A stretch of DNA of 64,000 nt from an uncultured virus (IMG/VR IMGVR_UViG_3300034069_001183) (IMGVR_UViG_3300034069_001183), one strand, 5' to 3'. Counted from the stretch's first letter, positions 8,899 to 19,769 are shown. Translations and numbers: made by a program. The notes: a model not told the origin generated them from the letters alone.

Positions 8899-10431
8899 AT
8901 GGCAAACAGTAAAATTAATGATTCAATTAACATGCGAATTTTCGCTGCGTTGAAAGTGAGTGAACTTAGTGGTGTACCTTTGTTTCTGTTGAGTAATCCA
9001 GGAATTGGTAAGACCACAACAGTTAAGCTTTTTGCAAAAGTTCGCGGGTATGAGGTGGTTGCATTGCACGGTAACAGAATGAGCTCTGAGGCTATTCTTG
9101 GTTATGATTGTGCTCCATCAGACTTAGAGAAGTTTGATTCGGCTAGACACCTCAAGCCTGCATGGTTTAAGAGAATCTTAGAAAATGGAAGAAATGGAAA
9201 GAAGAGTCTACTTTTCTTGGATGAGTTAACAACATGTCATGAGTACGTACAGTCTGCTTTGTTGAGTCTTGTATTTGACAGGGAGATTGATTCAGAGAGA
9301 TTACCAGAGGATACTTTGGTAGTGGCAGCAGGTAATTATGCAAATAACTTGAGTAATACTGCTACAATTCTTCCACCTATGTTGAACAGATTTATGCTAT
9401 ATAATCTCAAGGTGGGTGTTAATGATCTCGACGTATTCTTCAACAAGTTCGAGGGTTCTGCATCAGGTCAGAGGGTTGATTATTTTGATGTCCTCTATAA
9501 GCAGATGCAGGAAATTGATTCACAGGAGAAGAAGTTTAGTCCAGAGAAGCTTGCTATGATTGGTGAGCATTTCGAGAAGAGTATCAAGTTTGTAACAAAG
9601 TCATTGATGTCAGGTGGTGAAAGGCCAGTTGATCTTGGTGTGACGGAGCTGCAGACAATCTACTCTGATATTGATGGTGATAATGACCTTCCAAACTTCA
9701 TATCACCTAGATCTGCTTGTTACGCTAGAGATATTACCATTGCTACTTACATTGCGTTTGGTAGTGCTGGTATTAATTCAGACAACTATAAGAGCATGAT
9801 GTATGGTCTTATTGGTATGGGTCTCAAGCGTAGTGGTAATGGTGAGGTAATCAAGACTAATATTGTTGATGATTACGTTAGGGCCATGATCGATGTTGTG
9901 AATGATGTTGAGAAGATGAACAATGATAAGATCCCTGAGTATGAGAAATTCTACAGAGATATTATCAATAGTGCAGTAGACGGAAAATTGGATATCGCTG
10001 CTATGAATGCAAGTTCAAATAAGATCAGGGAAATGATTGATGACCCGGATGTTAAGGGTATTGATCGTCCTATGGATCCAGGTATTGTTCAGCAGTTCTG
10101 TGAAATCTTCAGGACATCAGGTAAGAAGCTAGTTAGTGGTTATAAGATTGACCCTAGTGGTGAAAATGTAGCTAATGTAGTTGTGGAGAAATTCGCAGGT
10201 GACATTAACTATTGGAACAATCTTGCAACTCTTATGGTGTCATTGAAGGCGCTTGTAAGTAATACCAAGTTCTCATACGATTCTAGTATTAAGACTGATA
10301 TTAAGAATACACAGTCTGAGTTGAGGAAGATCAGTTTCAAGCTTAAGACAGTTAGAAAGTCTTACCTGAACAATGATGATAAGGCATTATCTGAAATCGT
10401 CCCAGAGGTTAAGAGCTGTGTTGATGAGTAG
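8899..10431 (+). CDS. MoxR-like AAA+ ATPase
   Basis: Walker A NPGIGKT, Walker B LLFLDE, AAGN sensor and NRF arginine finger. Confidence 0.85.
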   Translation: MANSKINDSINMRIFAALKVSELSGVPLFLLSNPGIGKTTTVKLFAKVRGYEVVALHGNRMSSEAILGYDCAPSDLEKFDSARHLKPAWFKRILENGRNGKKSLLFLDELTTCHEYVQSALLSLVFDREIDSERLPEDTLVVAAGNYANNLSNTATILPPMLNRFMLYNLKVGVNDLDVFFNKFEGSASGQRVDYFDVLYKQMQEIDSQEKKFSPEKLAMIGEHFEKSIKFVTKSLMSGGERPVDLGVTELQTIYSDIDGDNDLPNFISPRSACYARDITIATYIAFGSAGINSDNYKSMMYGLIGMGLKRSGNGEVIKTNIVDDYVRAMIDVVNDVEKMNNDKIPEYEKFYRDIINSAVDGKLDIAAMNASSNKIREMIDDPDVKGIDRPMDPGIVQQFCEIFRTSGKKLVSGYKIDPSGENVANVVVEKFAGDINYWNNLATLMVSLKALVSNTKFSYDSSIKTDIKNTQSELRKISFKLKTVRKSYLNNDDKALSEIVPEVKSCVDE

Positions 10432-10518
10432 TTAAGTTAAGATAGGACTTTGGGTTGGTACTATGATTATCACTCAAAGTCTTATTGGTTCCGAATTATA
10501 ACTAACAAGAAATCAGCA

Positions 10519-12303
10519 ATGAAAACAAGACAAGAACTCGAATTTATAGAGAACCTAGTTAAGAGGGCCTATAATAATCGGAACTGGGGAAACATACTTA
10601 AGGAAAAACTTGATAAGCCTTATAATCCTCAGAATCCAGAACTAGGTTATTCATACAGGCATCAGTCATTTGATGGTGAAGGTAAAAAAGAGTTCACTAC
10701 CTATAATGTTGTTTGTGCACGTACTGGAGTTAATGATATTGACTATCGTGTAAAGCTTCATGAGTACGGACACATCTATCTAGCACATCTTGACGGTATC
10801 TATGAGGAAATGGATACTAGAATTTGTAATGTGCTCAGGGATTACAGGGGTGAACTAATAGAGACAGTTAATAAAGGCTGTGGTATCAATTTTGGAGATA
10901 AATTGATTGAGAGGGTTATTGATGATCCAGTACTTAATCATAGTCTTCACAATATTGCAATGGACATGGAGGTAAATACTAAGGTCCTAAGCAAAGATGA
11001 TGTGGAGGTTATGGAGAGTGAGTTGTCAAAAATTCTTCCCGATACACTTAGCGATAAACTTAAGGAACTTCTCAAGACAACTACAGATGAGGAAGTCAAG
11101 AAGAAGATAGAAGATCGTCTCAAGAAAATGGGAAATGAGGCTAAGATTAAGTTTATCCTGCCTGAGAGATATCACATGTCAGACGGTACACCTTTCCCAG
11201 ATAACGCTGACTATCTTGAGTATCTTATTCTGATCGTTAAGAATCTTGATCAGTTTATTAAGATGATGATCAGTATTAGCAGAGGTGGTAATGGTGATAC
11301 TAGTGATGTTACTTCAGAGGATGTCCAGGATGCACTTGGTGATGAAAATAGTGCAATAGATAACTTGGATGACCTTATGGAGCAGATGGGTATGTCTGAT
11401 GGTCAAGGTAAGAAGCAAGATCAAGGACAGATTGGCCAAGGTTCAAGTAATGGTCAAGAAGGCGGTGAAGGAAATGATGCTAGTAATTCCGGCGGTTTCA
11501 AGGGTGACTCTGAGAAAACCGAAAGTGGCAATCAGGGAACTAGAGATACTGACTTTTCTGAACTAGAAGGTGGTACTCATCATGATCACTGTACAGACTC
11601 TAGAGATGACGCTGATAGAAAAAGAGAGGTTGGCGAAATTAAGGCTGGCGGTGGAACTGGCTGTAGTGGTAGTAGAACATCTAGTGCAAAACGAAAGGTG
11701 AGCAATGCAGATCCAGTCGACGAAGCAATAGATCAAGTACTCAGGAACTATAAGAATAAGGTAGTTAAGAAGGAGATTAAGAAAGATATGATGTGGAACT
11801 ATAACAAAGGCATCAATCGAACTGTTATCGCCCCAGCTATCTTACCTAGAGTTACAATTAAGGATGAACCGAAGATTGTATACTTGATCGATGTTAGTGG
11901 TTCTATGGATACTGAACTGGTTGATAGAGTCTTGAATACTATTGCAAGAAAGATGAAGTCAATTGGTAGAGGTCTTCACTATGACATTATCAGTTGGAGT
12001 ACAGAGCTAGAGGATCATTTTAGAGACATTGACCCAAGAAAAGGTATTCCACATATCTCAATGGGTGGTGGTACTAGAATGGCGAAGGGTATCAAGTACT
12101 TCAGAGATCACTACAAGGACGATTCTATCTTAGTTGTTATATCAGACTTTGAGGATTACTTAGAGGAATGGCAACAAGTAGAGAGGACAATGAATAAGTA
12201 TGCACTCTATGGTTTCAATTATGGCCGTAGTAATTATAATGTAGATTTTAAGAACCTGATCGTTAAGAACTTCAATGTGAGTTATAAGGGTCCAAGGTAT
12301 TAA
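10519..12303 (+). CDS. DUF2201-like HExxH metallopeptidase plus VWA domain protein
   Basis: HEYGH; NIAMDMEVN; Gly/Gln/Ser-rich linker; MIDAS motifs DVSGS, GGGT and ISD. Confidence 0.8.
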   Translation: MKTRQELEFIENLVKRAYNNRNWGNILKEKLDKPYNPQNPELGYSYRHQSFDGEGKKEFTTYNVVCARTGVNDIDYRVKLHEYGHIYLAHLDGIYEEMDTRICNVLRDYRGELIETVNKGCGINFGDKLIERVIDDPVLNHSLHNIAMDMEVNTKVLSKDDVEVMESELSKILPDTLSDKLKELLKTTTDEEVKKKIEDRLKKMGNEAKIKFILPERYHMSDGTPFPDNADYLEYLILIVKNLDQFIKMMISISRGGNGDTSDVTSEDVQDALGDENSAIDNLDDLMEQMGMSDGQGKKQDQGQIGQGSSNGQEGGEGNDASNSGGFKGDSEKTESGNQGTRDTDFSELEGGTHHDHCTDSRDDADRKREVGEIKAGGGTGCSGSRTSSAKRKVSNADPVDEAIDQVLRNYKNKVVKKEIKKDMMWNYNKGINRTVIAPAILPRVTIKDEPKIVYLIDVSGSMDTELVDRVLNTIARKMKSIGRGLHYDIISWSTELEDHFRDIDPRKGIPHISMGGGTRMAKGIKYFRDHYKDDSILVVISDFEDYLEEWQQVERTMNKYALYGFNYGRSNYNVDFKNLIVKNFNVSYKGPRY

Positions 12304-12306
12304 AGT

Positions 12307-12891
12307 ATGATAAGTAGACAAAAGATTCATAGATTAGTTGAGTCAGTATATAATTACATATTCAAAGTATTTAATGTAGTTGAAAGTACTGACAAGCCTA
12401 ATAATTCGGTAGGTGTATTTGTTAGCTTGGGTATTACAACACAGCTAGAAACTATCAGAAGCATTAAGGATATTTTTGATAACATGAAAGAATATAGTGC
12501 TAAGGTAGTTGAGATAGTTAGTGAGAAAGTTGGAAATACCTATGTTAACACTGTGCACGAAGATGTTAATCCAGGGCAGTATAGATTGAAAGAGCTGCCT
12601 GAGGATTTAATGAATAGAGAGGAAGCAGTAAGTGAATTAGAGAGGATGCAAGAAAAAATAAATCCTCAAAATGACTTAGATTCATTAGTTAAGTGTGGAG
12701 TCAAGGTACAGAAATTGAAAGACTTGATAGGAAAGCTTGATGAATCTAGTAAATGGGATTCTCACTTAATTCAGAGACTTGGTGAATGTGATTATAGAAT
12801 TTTTCATCTAGACCTCAATTATGAAAGACGTGGGGACCTTGAATATAGAGTAGGTATTTTGATAAGTGAAAAAGAAAAGCGAGAGGATTAG
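12307..12891 (+). CDS. Hypothetical protein
   Basis: ORF continuing the operon. Confidence 0.65.
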   Translation: MISRQKIHRLVESVYNYIFKVFNVVESTDKPNNSVGVFVSLGITTQLETIRSIKDIFDNMKEYSAKVVEIVSEKVGNTYVNTVHEDVNPGQYRLKELPEDLMNREEAVSELERMQEKINPQNDLDSLVKCGVKVQKLKDLIGKLDESSKWDSHLIQRLGECDYRIFHLDLNYERRGDLEYRVGILISEKEKRED

Positions 12892-13198
12892 TCTTCTCGT
12901 GGTACTAGTATTGATTGGATTTGGTATTGGTATGTATGTTGGAAAATGTATATATCAGCCAGGTCCAATTAATCTTGCTCCCCAGAAAGTACCCGAGAAA
13001 CTAGTAAGACAGGAAAATAAGAGAATAGGGGAACTTAAGACACAGGAAAAACAGGTAGGAGACACAGTAACAGTAATAAAAGAGAGAATTAGTACTGTCT
13101 GGAGAGAAAGGGTAGAGGAGATAAATAAGATTGATAGCCTTCCACTCGACAGCAATATTAACTACCTCAGGAAAAAAATAAAAGAATATGAAGAGTAA
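12866..13198 (+). CDS. Membrane-anchored coiled-coil protein (possible spanin-like)
   Basis: N-terminal TM helix followed by a charged helical region. Confidence 0.45.
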   Translation: MKKKSERISLLVVLVLIGFGIGMYVGKCIYQPGPINLAPQKVPEKLVRQENKRIGELKTQEKQVGDTVTVIKERISTVWRERVEEINKIDSLPLDSNINYLRKKIKEYEE

Positions 13199-13583
13199 GG
13201 TAATCATGCTTTTCTTTTTGTTACTACCTATTATTGGACATGCACAAGAGAAAGTAGTAATTAATAACGACACACTGATCACAATAACACCTGGAAATCT
13301 GAGGACCATAAATAAGATGATAATGGACTTAGATTATCATAAGCAGGCAGTAAAGGACTATAAGGAATTAGTTAAGAAAGATAGTGTGTTGTTAGGTATT
13401 AAAGACTCACTAATTGTCCAGTATAACCTAAGAGAAGCAAAGAAAGAGAAATACTACATAGACCAAACCACTAAACTAACCGCTGATAATAAGAGGCTGA
13501 AGAAAGAGGGTAGGAGAAGAACTACTTGGATGTCAGCAGTATGTTTATTAGTAGGTGCAGTGCTAGGTCTATTAGTTAAGTAA
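13188..13583 (+). CDS. Protein with signal peptide and C-terminal TM helix (possible spanin-like)
   Basis: N-terminal signal (…GHA-Q), coiled coil, C-terminal hydrophobic helix. Confidence 0.45.
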   Translation: MKSKVIMLFFLLLPIIGHAQEKVVINNDTLITITPGNLRTINKMIMDLDYHKQAVKDYKELVKKDSVLLGIKDSLIVQYNLREAKKEKYYIDQTTKLTADNKRLKKEGRRRTTWMSAVCLLVGAVLGLLVK

Positions 13584-13628
13584 GAAATATTGATAAGATA
13601 GTCAGTATTTCTTTTTATTTTTGAAGTT

Positions 13629-14063
13629 ATGATAGAAATAGTAATAAATCATGATCCAACCAGGCATGAGTATAAAATCTATGAGCCAACTACTGATACA
13701 TTGATGGCGTCGAGTAATCTAACTGAGGCCTTGTGTATGTTAAATAAGTTCATTGAGAGTAGTGGCCTGTCTAATGTTGGTAATATCTTAGATTGTCCTG
13801 ATATATCTTACCACATAGATTCAGCAACAATGAAGGCTATGATAGAGAGTAATATATCGCTTCTTAACAGACTTCGTACTGCACCTAGTGGATTTGCGGC
13901 GTCTAGTCAAAAATTCGGAGGCACAACACAATTCCAACAGAAGATGACACAACAGAAAGCAATGCAGGGCGGAAGTAGTCAGAGGAAAAAGAATACGATG
14001 TCCTCTGGTTTTTCTAGTGCGGATGGATTTAGAAAAAGTTACAAAAAATTTAAAAACAATTAG
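13629..14063 (+). CDS. Hypothetical protein
   Basis: ORF. Confidence 0.65.
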   Translation: MIEIVINHDPTRHEYKIYEPTTDTLMASSNLTEALCMLNKFIESSGLSNVGNILDCPDISYHIDSATMKAMIESNISLLNRLRTAPSGFAASSQKFGGTTQFQQKMTQQKAMQGGSSQRKKNTMSSGFSSADGFRKSYKKFKNN

Positions 14064-14069
14064 AGAAAT

Positions 14070-14498
14070 ATGAAATCGGAACTAAAAATAAACACCTCCT
14101 TTGTTTCTCCTGCGACACTTGAGAGATTTAGGAGTAATAATATCTTGCCAATCTTTATAGTAAGAAATATCGAAAATTCAGAATTAATTGGACAGTATAG
14201 TGGTTCACCTGTACACTTGAAGGAATTATCTCCAAGTAATGAACTATTTAGGAAGAAAAGGGATAAGGCATTAAGTATTGATGAGTTTAAGAAGTTATAT
14301 GCGATTGAAATAACAGAGAGGGTTGATCTTAAGAGGGTAATTGATAAGCTTGAGTCACTAGTTGAATTATCTGGTGCTAGGTCTGTTGTATTACTCGGCT
14401 ATGGAAGTGATTATGATAGTTGCCATAGGTCAGTCCTCGCTAAGATTTTAAATGGAAGCGGCTTACTTGAAAAACCGGTTAAAGAGTTAGTAGTATGA
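14070..14498 (+). CDS. DUF488-like protein
   Basis: ELSPSNELF, F...Y..E, VVLLGY...CHR. Confidence 0.7.
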   Translation: MKSELKINTSFVSPATLERFRSNNILPIFIVRNIENSELIGQYSGSPVHLKELSPSNELFRKKRDKALSIDEFKKLYAIEITERVDLKRVIDKLESLVELSGARSVVLLGYGSDYDSCHRSVLAKILNGSGLLEKPVKELVV

Positions 14499-14770
14499 TA
14501 AGTAGTACAGATTTTCAGGAGGCGGTTATTAAGTACCTGGAAAAATATGACATCTACCCATTTTCTGTTACCTATACAAGTGATTATAATAGGTCTAGTG
14601 ATGGATGTATACTTGGCATTACTACTTTTATTGTGGATGACATTGATACAATCCTAGAACTCCTTGACTATAAGAGCTTGTGTGATAAGAGCGGGTTTAC
14701 GGTATTCAGAGATAATTGTACAGTTATCTTACAAGGAATGCCACTTGTTCACTTATACAGCTTGATATGA
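14495..14770 (+). CDS. Hypothetical protein
   Basis: ORF with ATGA-type overlaps at both ends. Confidence 0.6.
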   Translation: MISSTDFQEAVIKYLEKYDIYPFSVTYTSDYNRSSDGCILGITTFIVDDIDTILELLDYKSLCDKSGFTVFRDNCTVILQGMPLVHLYSLI

Positions 14771-15243
14771 GAAATTTAGAAATATTCAGGGGATACATGG
14801 AGTTAATGTATTCTGATAAGTGTCCGCCTATTAGAGAGAAGGATATAACTATTGATAATTTTATAATAGGTAGGTTCAATAGTTCAGGTTTTACAGTGCA
14901 CTACTTATATAATGGTTCAAGTCTCTCTATTTCATCAGGGTGGTTAGGAATGTTTAAGCAGCTCTATTTTTCAAACCACGCTGAAATCTTCTATAATGCT
15001 AGTAATGACACAACTACTAAGGACTTGGATAAATACTTAGATACTTTTATTTATCTCAACACAAACTTACAAACTTGGTTGGGACAATCTATCAGTAAGG
15101 TAAGTGGTCCTGAATTTCTCGACTGCTTATCTAGTATTTGTGAGATGAAGACAGGAAGATTTAGAAAGTTTATAAGGGAGGAATATGAGCTTGACTTAGA
15201 ACCTTTCAAGTATTGTTCACTAAGTAAAAATTTTGATATATGA
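14767..15243 (+). CDS. Hypothetical protein
   Basis: ATGA overlap start MRNLE. Confidence 0.6.
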   Translation: MRNLEIFRGYMELMYSDKCPPIREKDITIDNFIIGRFNSSGFTVHYLYNGSSLSISSGWLGMFKQLYFSNHAEIFYNASNDTTTKDLDKYLDTFIYLNTNLQTWLGQSISKVSGPEFLDCLSSICEMKTGRFRKFIREEYELDLEPFKYCSLSKNFDI

Positions 15244-15725
15244 TAATTAATATTTACACCGACGGATCACACCTAGACAAGCAGAATAATGGTAGACTTG
15301 GATGTGGTGGTGTTATGGTGCAAGATGATAGTGCAGGTAAGTATGGGACAATCCTAGATAAGTATAGTCAAGAATTAACCCCAGACTACATGCAAGCTGA
15401 GTATGGCAGTAAAAATTGTAGTAATCCAACAGCCGAAATGATTGGAGTACTTATGGCCCTCTCTAATTTTAATATCCCAAGTAATGCAAGTAAGGTAGTA
15501 GTATTTGCAGATTATATTGGTGTTAGAGAGTGGTGTACAGGCAAGTGGGGAATCAAGGAGCCATACATCAAAAAAGTAAAAGGGCAGATAGACGACGTAA
15601 TAAAAAGAAAAGGTCTCACAGGGAAGATTAGTTTTGAATGGGTAAAAGCACACCAAAGAACTATTAACCGAGACTCATACTGGAATAATTACGTCGACCT
15701 ACTCGCAAAAGGACAAACTAATTAG
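15240..15725 (+). CDS. rnhA: Ribonuclease HI
   Basis: YTDGS, SNPTAEM, D, WVKAH, NNYVDLLA. Confidence 0.9.
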   Translation: MIINIYTDGSHLDKQNNGRLGCGGVMVQDDSAGKYGTILDKYSQELTPDYMQAEYGSKNCSNPTAEMIGVLMALSNFNIPSNASKVVVFADYIGVREWCTGKWGIKEPYIKKVKGQIDDVIKRKGLTGKISFEWVKAHQRTINRDSYWNNYVDLLAKGQTN

Positions 15726-15730
15726 AAGAA

Positions 15731-16288
15731 ATGATTGTATTAAGAACAAAGCAATATTCATCATTCTGGCAGAAACTTAAGGGTAACCCAGACTTGAAAA
15801 ATGTATTGAGAACCTGGGATCCAAACTATGTTAATCCTGAGGTAAAGAAAGAACCATTATTTAAACATTTCCCAAAACAGGTACTATCATGGTTATCTTT
15901 CCTCTATGAAAATGTGAGAGATGAGAACGATAGCTATATGTATGGATTCTTAAATAGTGTTACTGTATTTTCTTATGAGAGTATCTTAGATCAGCTCAGT
16001 GGTGGTCGTGCAGAATATACATCAAAGAGAAATGATGGAGTTATTAAGCTGCTTAGGATTCCTTTTTCAGAGACTGCAGACTCTTTCTTAAACTACCACG
16101 TTGATGAAAATAGAGTAACATTAATTCCAGAATCAAGTAGGCTTGACTTATCTGGTATGATTGCTGATAAAATTTCTAAGGGGTTGTTCGGAGGGCTTGA
16201 TCAATTACCATCTAGACGTGAAAGAGACCCTGAGAGATTGGTAGATACGATTAAGAAGATGTTTATTAATAAAGTACCAAAGAAGTAG
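15731..16288 (+). CDS. Hypothetical protein
   Basis: ORF. Confidence 0.6.
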   Translation: MIVLRTKQYSSFWQKLKGNPDLKNVLRTWDPNYVNPEVKKEPLFKHFPKQVLSWLSFLYENVRDENDSYMYGFLNSVTVFSYESILDQLSGGRAEYTSKRNDGVIKLLRIPFSETADSFLNYHVDENRVTLIPESSRLDLSGMIADKISKGLFGGLDQLPSRRERDPERLVDTIKKMFINKVPKK

Positions 16289-16292
16289 ATCT

Positions 16293-16568
16293 ATGAGAGG
16301 TTTTTGTAAGGATGATGAGAAGAGAATTCCTAAGTCTGGCAGATCTGGATTAATTGAGTATAAGGATCTTCTCGGCGCTAGTGTTTATATTAAGTCACTA
16401 ACAATGGGAAACGGCTGGATGTGGAATAAGGATGGAAGAAAAGAATATAAGGTAGAGGATATTTCTTTCAGGATTAGTACGGATGGTAAGTGCATTACTG
16501 TATTGAAGCTTTCTGATTGTCCTGGAAAAACCTTCACCTTGAAAGATATTGAGTTTAAATTAGACTAA
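16293..16568 (+). CDS. Hypothetical protein
   Basis: ORF. Confidence 0.6.
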   Translation: MRGFCKDDEKRIPKSGRSGLIEYKDLLGASVYIKSLTMGNGWMWNKDGRKEYKVEDISFRISTDGKCITVLKLSDCPGKTFTLKDIEFKLD

Positions 16569-16569
16569 G

Positions 16570-19299
16570 ATGGATGAATTAATATTAGGCAGTAGTACAG
16601 ATAGGACAGTGAGAATAAACTATAGAAGTGATTTCCCACTAGCTGTCAGGTTAAATAATTTCACTAATTTTCCTGATTGTGATTTCGAACTTCGTGCTAC
16701 TGTTGATAATGAAGTTAAGTCATACTGTGTTGAGAAGAAGGATGGTGTCTGTAAGAATTGTAAGGTACAGGGTGATCAGTTAGTAATATTCTTCAACAAT
16801 CACGGTCTCAGTACTGGTAGACTTAAGATTGAGATGATTCTTTATGTACCTGATCCTAACTATGCAGATGGGTTTAGACAGGAATACTACTCAACAATTA
16901 CAAATATATTACTGGTTGAGGGAAATAGTGATGTAATTGATAATACTGTCCCATCAACTCCAAATTCACCTGTTGCATCTGTTCAGCTTACAAACTTAGG
17001 TAATGCAGTGAGAGATGTACAGGCTAAACTAAAAGAACTACAGGCCGCTACAGGTAATGGTGGTGGTATTAGTAGTGATAGTCTGGCTGGAAAACAAGAT
17101 CGTATTGAAGACCTTGATACAATCCGCAGTAATTCTAATCAGGTTGCGGGAAAATTAAGCAAGGAAGAAGCCGATCAATACTATCAGCCAAAGGGACACT
17201 ACTTAACAGAACACCAAGATATTAGCGGCTTAGTAAGTAAGGAAGAGGCTGATAGATTATATAAGAAAGTAGGTGATGCTGAAGGAAGTGTAGGTACTAG
17301 TGTGGATCTTAGCGGCGTTAATGAAGAGCTTGCAAAGAAACTGAGTAAGACAGAGGCAGCAGAATTATACCAACCAAAGGGAACATACCTGACAGAACAT
17401 CAAGATATCAGTAGTCTCCTTAGTGAGTCTAGTGCAGATGAGAAGTATCAAACAAAAATCACTGACTTAGATAGTATCAGAGAAAAGGCTGGACTAGTAG
17501 ATGGAAAGCTTGGTAAGGAAGAAGCAAGAGAACTCTATCAACCAAAGGGAGAGTATTACACTAAATCTGAGGTTGATGTAAAGATAGGTAATATCTCAAC
17601 ATCACCTTCTTCTCCAAGTGGTCAAGCTAGTGGAGAGTTTAATCCTAGGGGTGTTTGGAATAAGACAAATACTACTAAGATTGAGGCGTATGTAGATAAT
17701 AAAGGTAAGTTTACTAGATCTGCAAACTTTAATTCTTACTTAATACCGGCTGAGGGAATTGATAAGATTACTATTACAGGAGCAGGTGCAACAGATACAG
17801 TTCCTTGTGTGTTCTCTTGTTTTAATAAATTCTTAGATCCTCTTACCAGTACTGAACTAATTTCAATATCTAGGGCAGAGACAGCTAAGACAGTACCAAC
17901 TAATTATACTCTCACCAGCTCTGATATCCCGGCAGGTACAAAGATGGTAGTAGTAAGTTCTAGAATTGTTGATAGTTTTACTGGATTCGATTTTAGTATT
18001 GAGTATGATAAGTTAAATACTACTTCTAGATATGCACAAAGCTTATCTGATTGTGATTATATGGCACCATCTTCTGCGGTACTAGCAAAGGATCTATTAT
18101 TCATTAACATAACAGATCGCTTAGTACAGGGTAATGTAACTATTACTGCATCAGGTTGGAATGTAAATCAAGCTAACCCTAAGAGATGTTACTGTATGAT
18201 TGAGCTGAACAGTGGTATTACAGTTCATATACCATCAGAACTTAGATCATATATTGGCATACAAGATAAGAGTGGTGTTTATAGCTTCGTACCTTGGACA
18301 ACTGGTAAGTACACAACTACTAAGGATGGTAAGTATTGTTTCTTGCTTAGTAAGATTGATAATACAGACTTATGGATAACTGACTTAGGTAATTATCCTC
18401 CTTTTAAGTTAGAAGTAGTTGGAAAATCTACACTAGAGGTTATTATGAATTCACTCAAGCTTCATGGTATTGATGTCTTGAGTAATAAAGTTAATACTGA
18501 AAGTACCGGAAAGGATTATTCTAAGTACGATACAATTATCAAGGGCGTTAATCATAGAGGTTGGACAGGCTTAGGTGCAGCACAAGACACACTAGACGCA
18601 TATAAGGATTCATTTACAATGGGTTTCAGATATGTTGAGGTAGATGTGCATAAGACCAGTGATGACAAGTTTATAATTGGGCATAATGACGAACTCCCTG
18701 ATAGACTAGTTAATCCTGCAACTGGCGCTAAGGGTAGTACAGTTAAGATAGCAGAACATACATTAGAGGAACTCAAAGCATTTAAAGATTCTAAGGGTGG
18801 AACAGTGACTGAACTATCTGAATTCTGTAAGCTCTGTAAAACTTATGGACTTCACCCTTACATAGAAACAAAGAAGGCATTTGATGAGCCAACTATGTAC
18901 AAGATCTTAGATATTATTACTAGGAGCGGTCTTAATTATAACTTCACTATCATATCTTTTATTGAATGGACACTGGAATCATCTATTAAGTATGATGATA
19001 AGATTAGAGTAGGACTAATCTATGATAAGGTTCAGGATAATACAATTGATGATGTAGTGATGAGGATTAATAAGATAAAGTCTAAGAGTACAAATAGGAT
19101 CAATGTTTTCCTGGATGCAAATGGTCAATATTTCAAAACACCAAGTGAAGCAGTTATGACAAAACTACTTGCTAATAAACTACCGCTAGAGGTTTGGACT
19201 ATGGATACTGAGGCTGATGTACTTGCGCTAGACTCTTATGTATCTGGTGTAACGTCTAATACAGTACATGCAGGAAAAGTACTACATGATAAACGATAA
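16570..19299 (+). CDS. Putative virion/tail protein with internal repeats and C-terminal glycerophosphodiester phosphodiesterase domain
   Basis: Repeats of LSKEEA..YQPKG.YLTEHQDIS; GDPD motifs NHRG, VEVDVHKTSD and IETK. Confidence 0.7.
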   Translation: MDELILGSSTDRTVRINYRSDFPLAVRLNNFTNFPDCDFELRATVDNEVKSYCVEKKDGVCKNCKVQGDQLVIFFNNHGLSTGRLKIEMILYVPDPNYADGFRQEYYSTITNILLVEGNSDVIDNTVPSTPNSPVASVQLTNLGNAVRDVQAKLKELQAATGNGGGISSDSLAGKQDRIEDLDTIRSNSNQVAGKLSKEEADQYYQPKGHYLTEHQDISGLVSKEEADRLYKKVGDAEGSVGTSVDLSGVNEELAKKLSKTEAAELYQPKGTYLTEHQDISSLLSESSADEKYQTKITDLDSIREKAGLVDGKLGKEEARELYQPKGEYYTKSEVDVKIGNISTSPSSPSGQASGEFNPRGVWNKTNTTKIEAYVDNKGKFTRSANFNSYLIPAEGIDKITITGAGATDTVPCVFSCFNKFLDPLTSTELISISRAETAKTVPTNYTLTSSDIPAGTKMVVVSSRIVDSFTGFDFSIEYDKLNTTSRYAQSLSDCDYMAPSSAVLAKDLLFINITDRLVQGNVTITASGWNVNQANPKRCYCMIELNSGITVHIPSELRSYIGIQDKSGVYSFVPWTTGKYTTTKDGKYCFLLSKIDNTDLWITDLGNYPPFKLEVVGKSTLEVIMNSLKLHGIDVLSNKVNTESTGKDYSKYDTIIKGVNHRGWTGLGAAQDTLDAYKDSFTMGFRYVEVDVHKTSDDKFIIGHNDELPDRLVNPATGAKGSTVKIAEHTLEELKAFKDSKGGTVTELSEFCKLCKTYGLHPYIETKKAFDEPTMYKILDIITRSGLNYNFTIISFIEWTLESSIKYDDKIRVGLIYDKVQDNTIDDVVMRINKIKSKSTNRINVFLDANGQYFKTPSEAVMTKLLANKLPLEVWTMDTEADVLALDSYVSGVTSNTVHAGKVLHDKR

Positions 19300-19308
19300 T
19301 TAACAACA

Positions 19309-19764
19309 ATGTCATATTTTACAGTGAGTGAATTATGTAGCTCTAATACGGCTACTAGATTAAAGTTAAACAATACACCACCACCAGCAATCAAGAAAAA
19401 CCTAGAAGAGACAATAAAATTTCTAGACCTGATTCGCGTTGAGTGGGGTAAGTATTGTGAAAAACATGGCCTGGCTAATCCGTCAATCAAAGTATCAAGC
19501 GGTTATAGGAGTCCAGCAGTTAATAAAGCTGTTGGTGGTGCTCCTACATCGGCTCATCAATTTGGTTATGCGGCGGATTTACAACCAGCCAATGGTAAGC
19601 AGACAGAATTTGAGAAGTTCTTTGTGACAGTTTTTTCTAAGCTAGGTCATAAGTACGATCAGATCATAATTGAAAAGAGTAAGACATCAAGGTGGGTACA
19701 TGTTGGTTATAAGAAGGCCGATGGTACACAGAGAATGATGTGTTTTAACCTAAAAGTATCATAA
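19309..19764 (+). CDS. Peptidase M15A (putative endolysin)
   Basis: SSGYRS..VNKAVGGA..SAH..GYAAD and WVHVG. Confidence 0.85.
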   Translation: MSYFTVSELCSSNTATRLKLNNTPPPAIKKNLEETIKFLDLIRVEWGKYCEKHGLANPSIKVSSGYRSPAVNKAVGGAPTSAHQFGYAADLQPANGKQTEFEKFFVTVFSKLGHKYDQIIIEKSKTSRWVHVGYKKADGTQRMMCFNLKVS

Positions 19765-19769
19765 CATAA

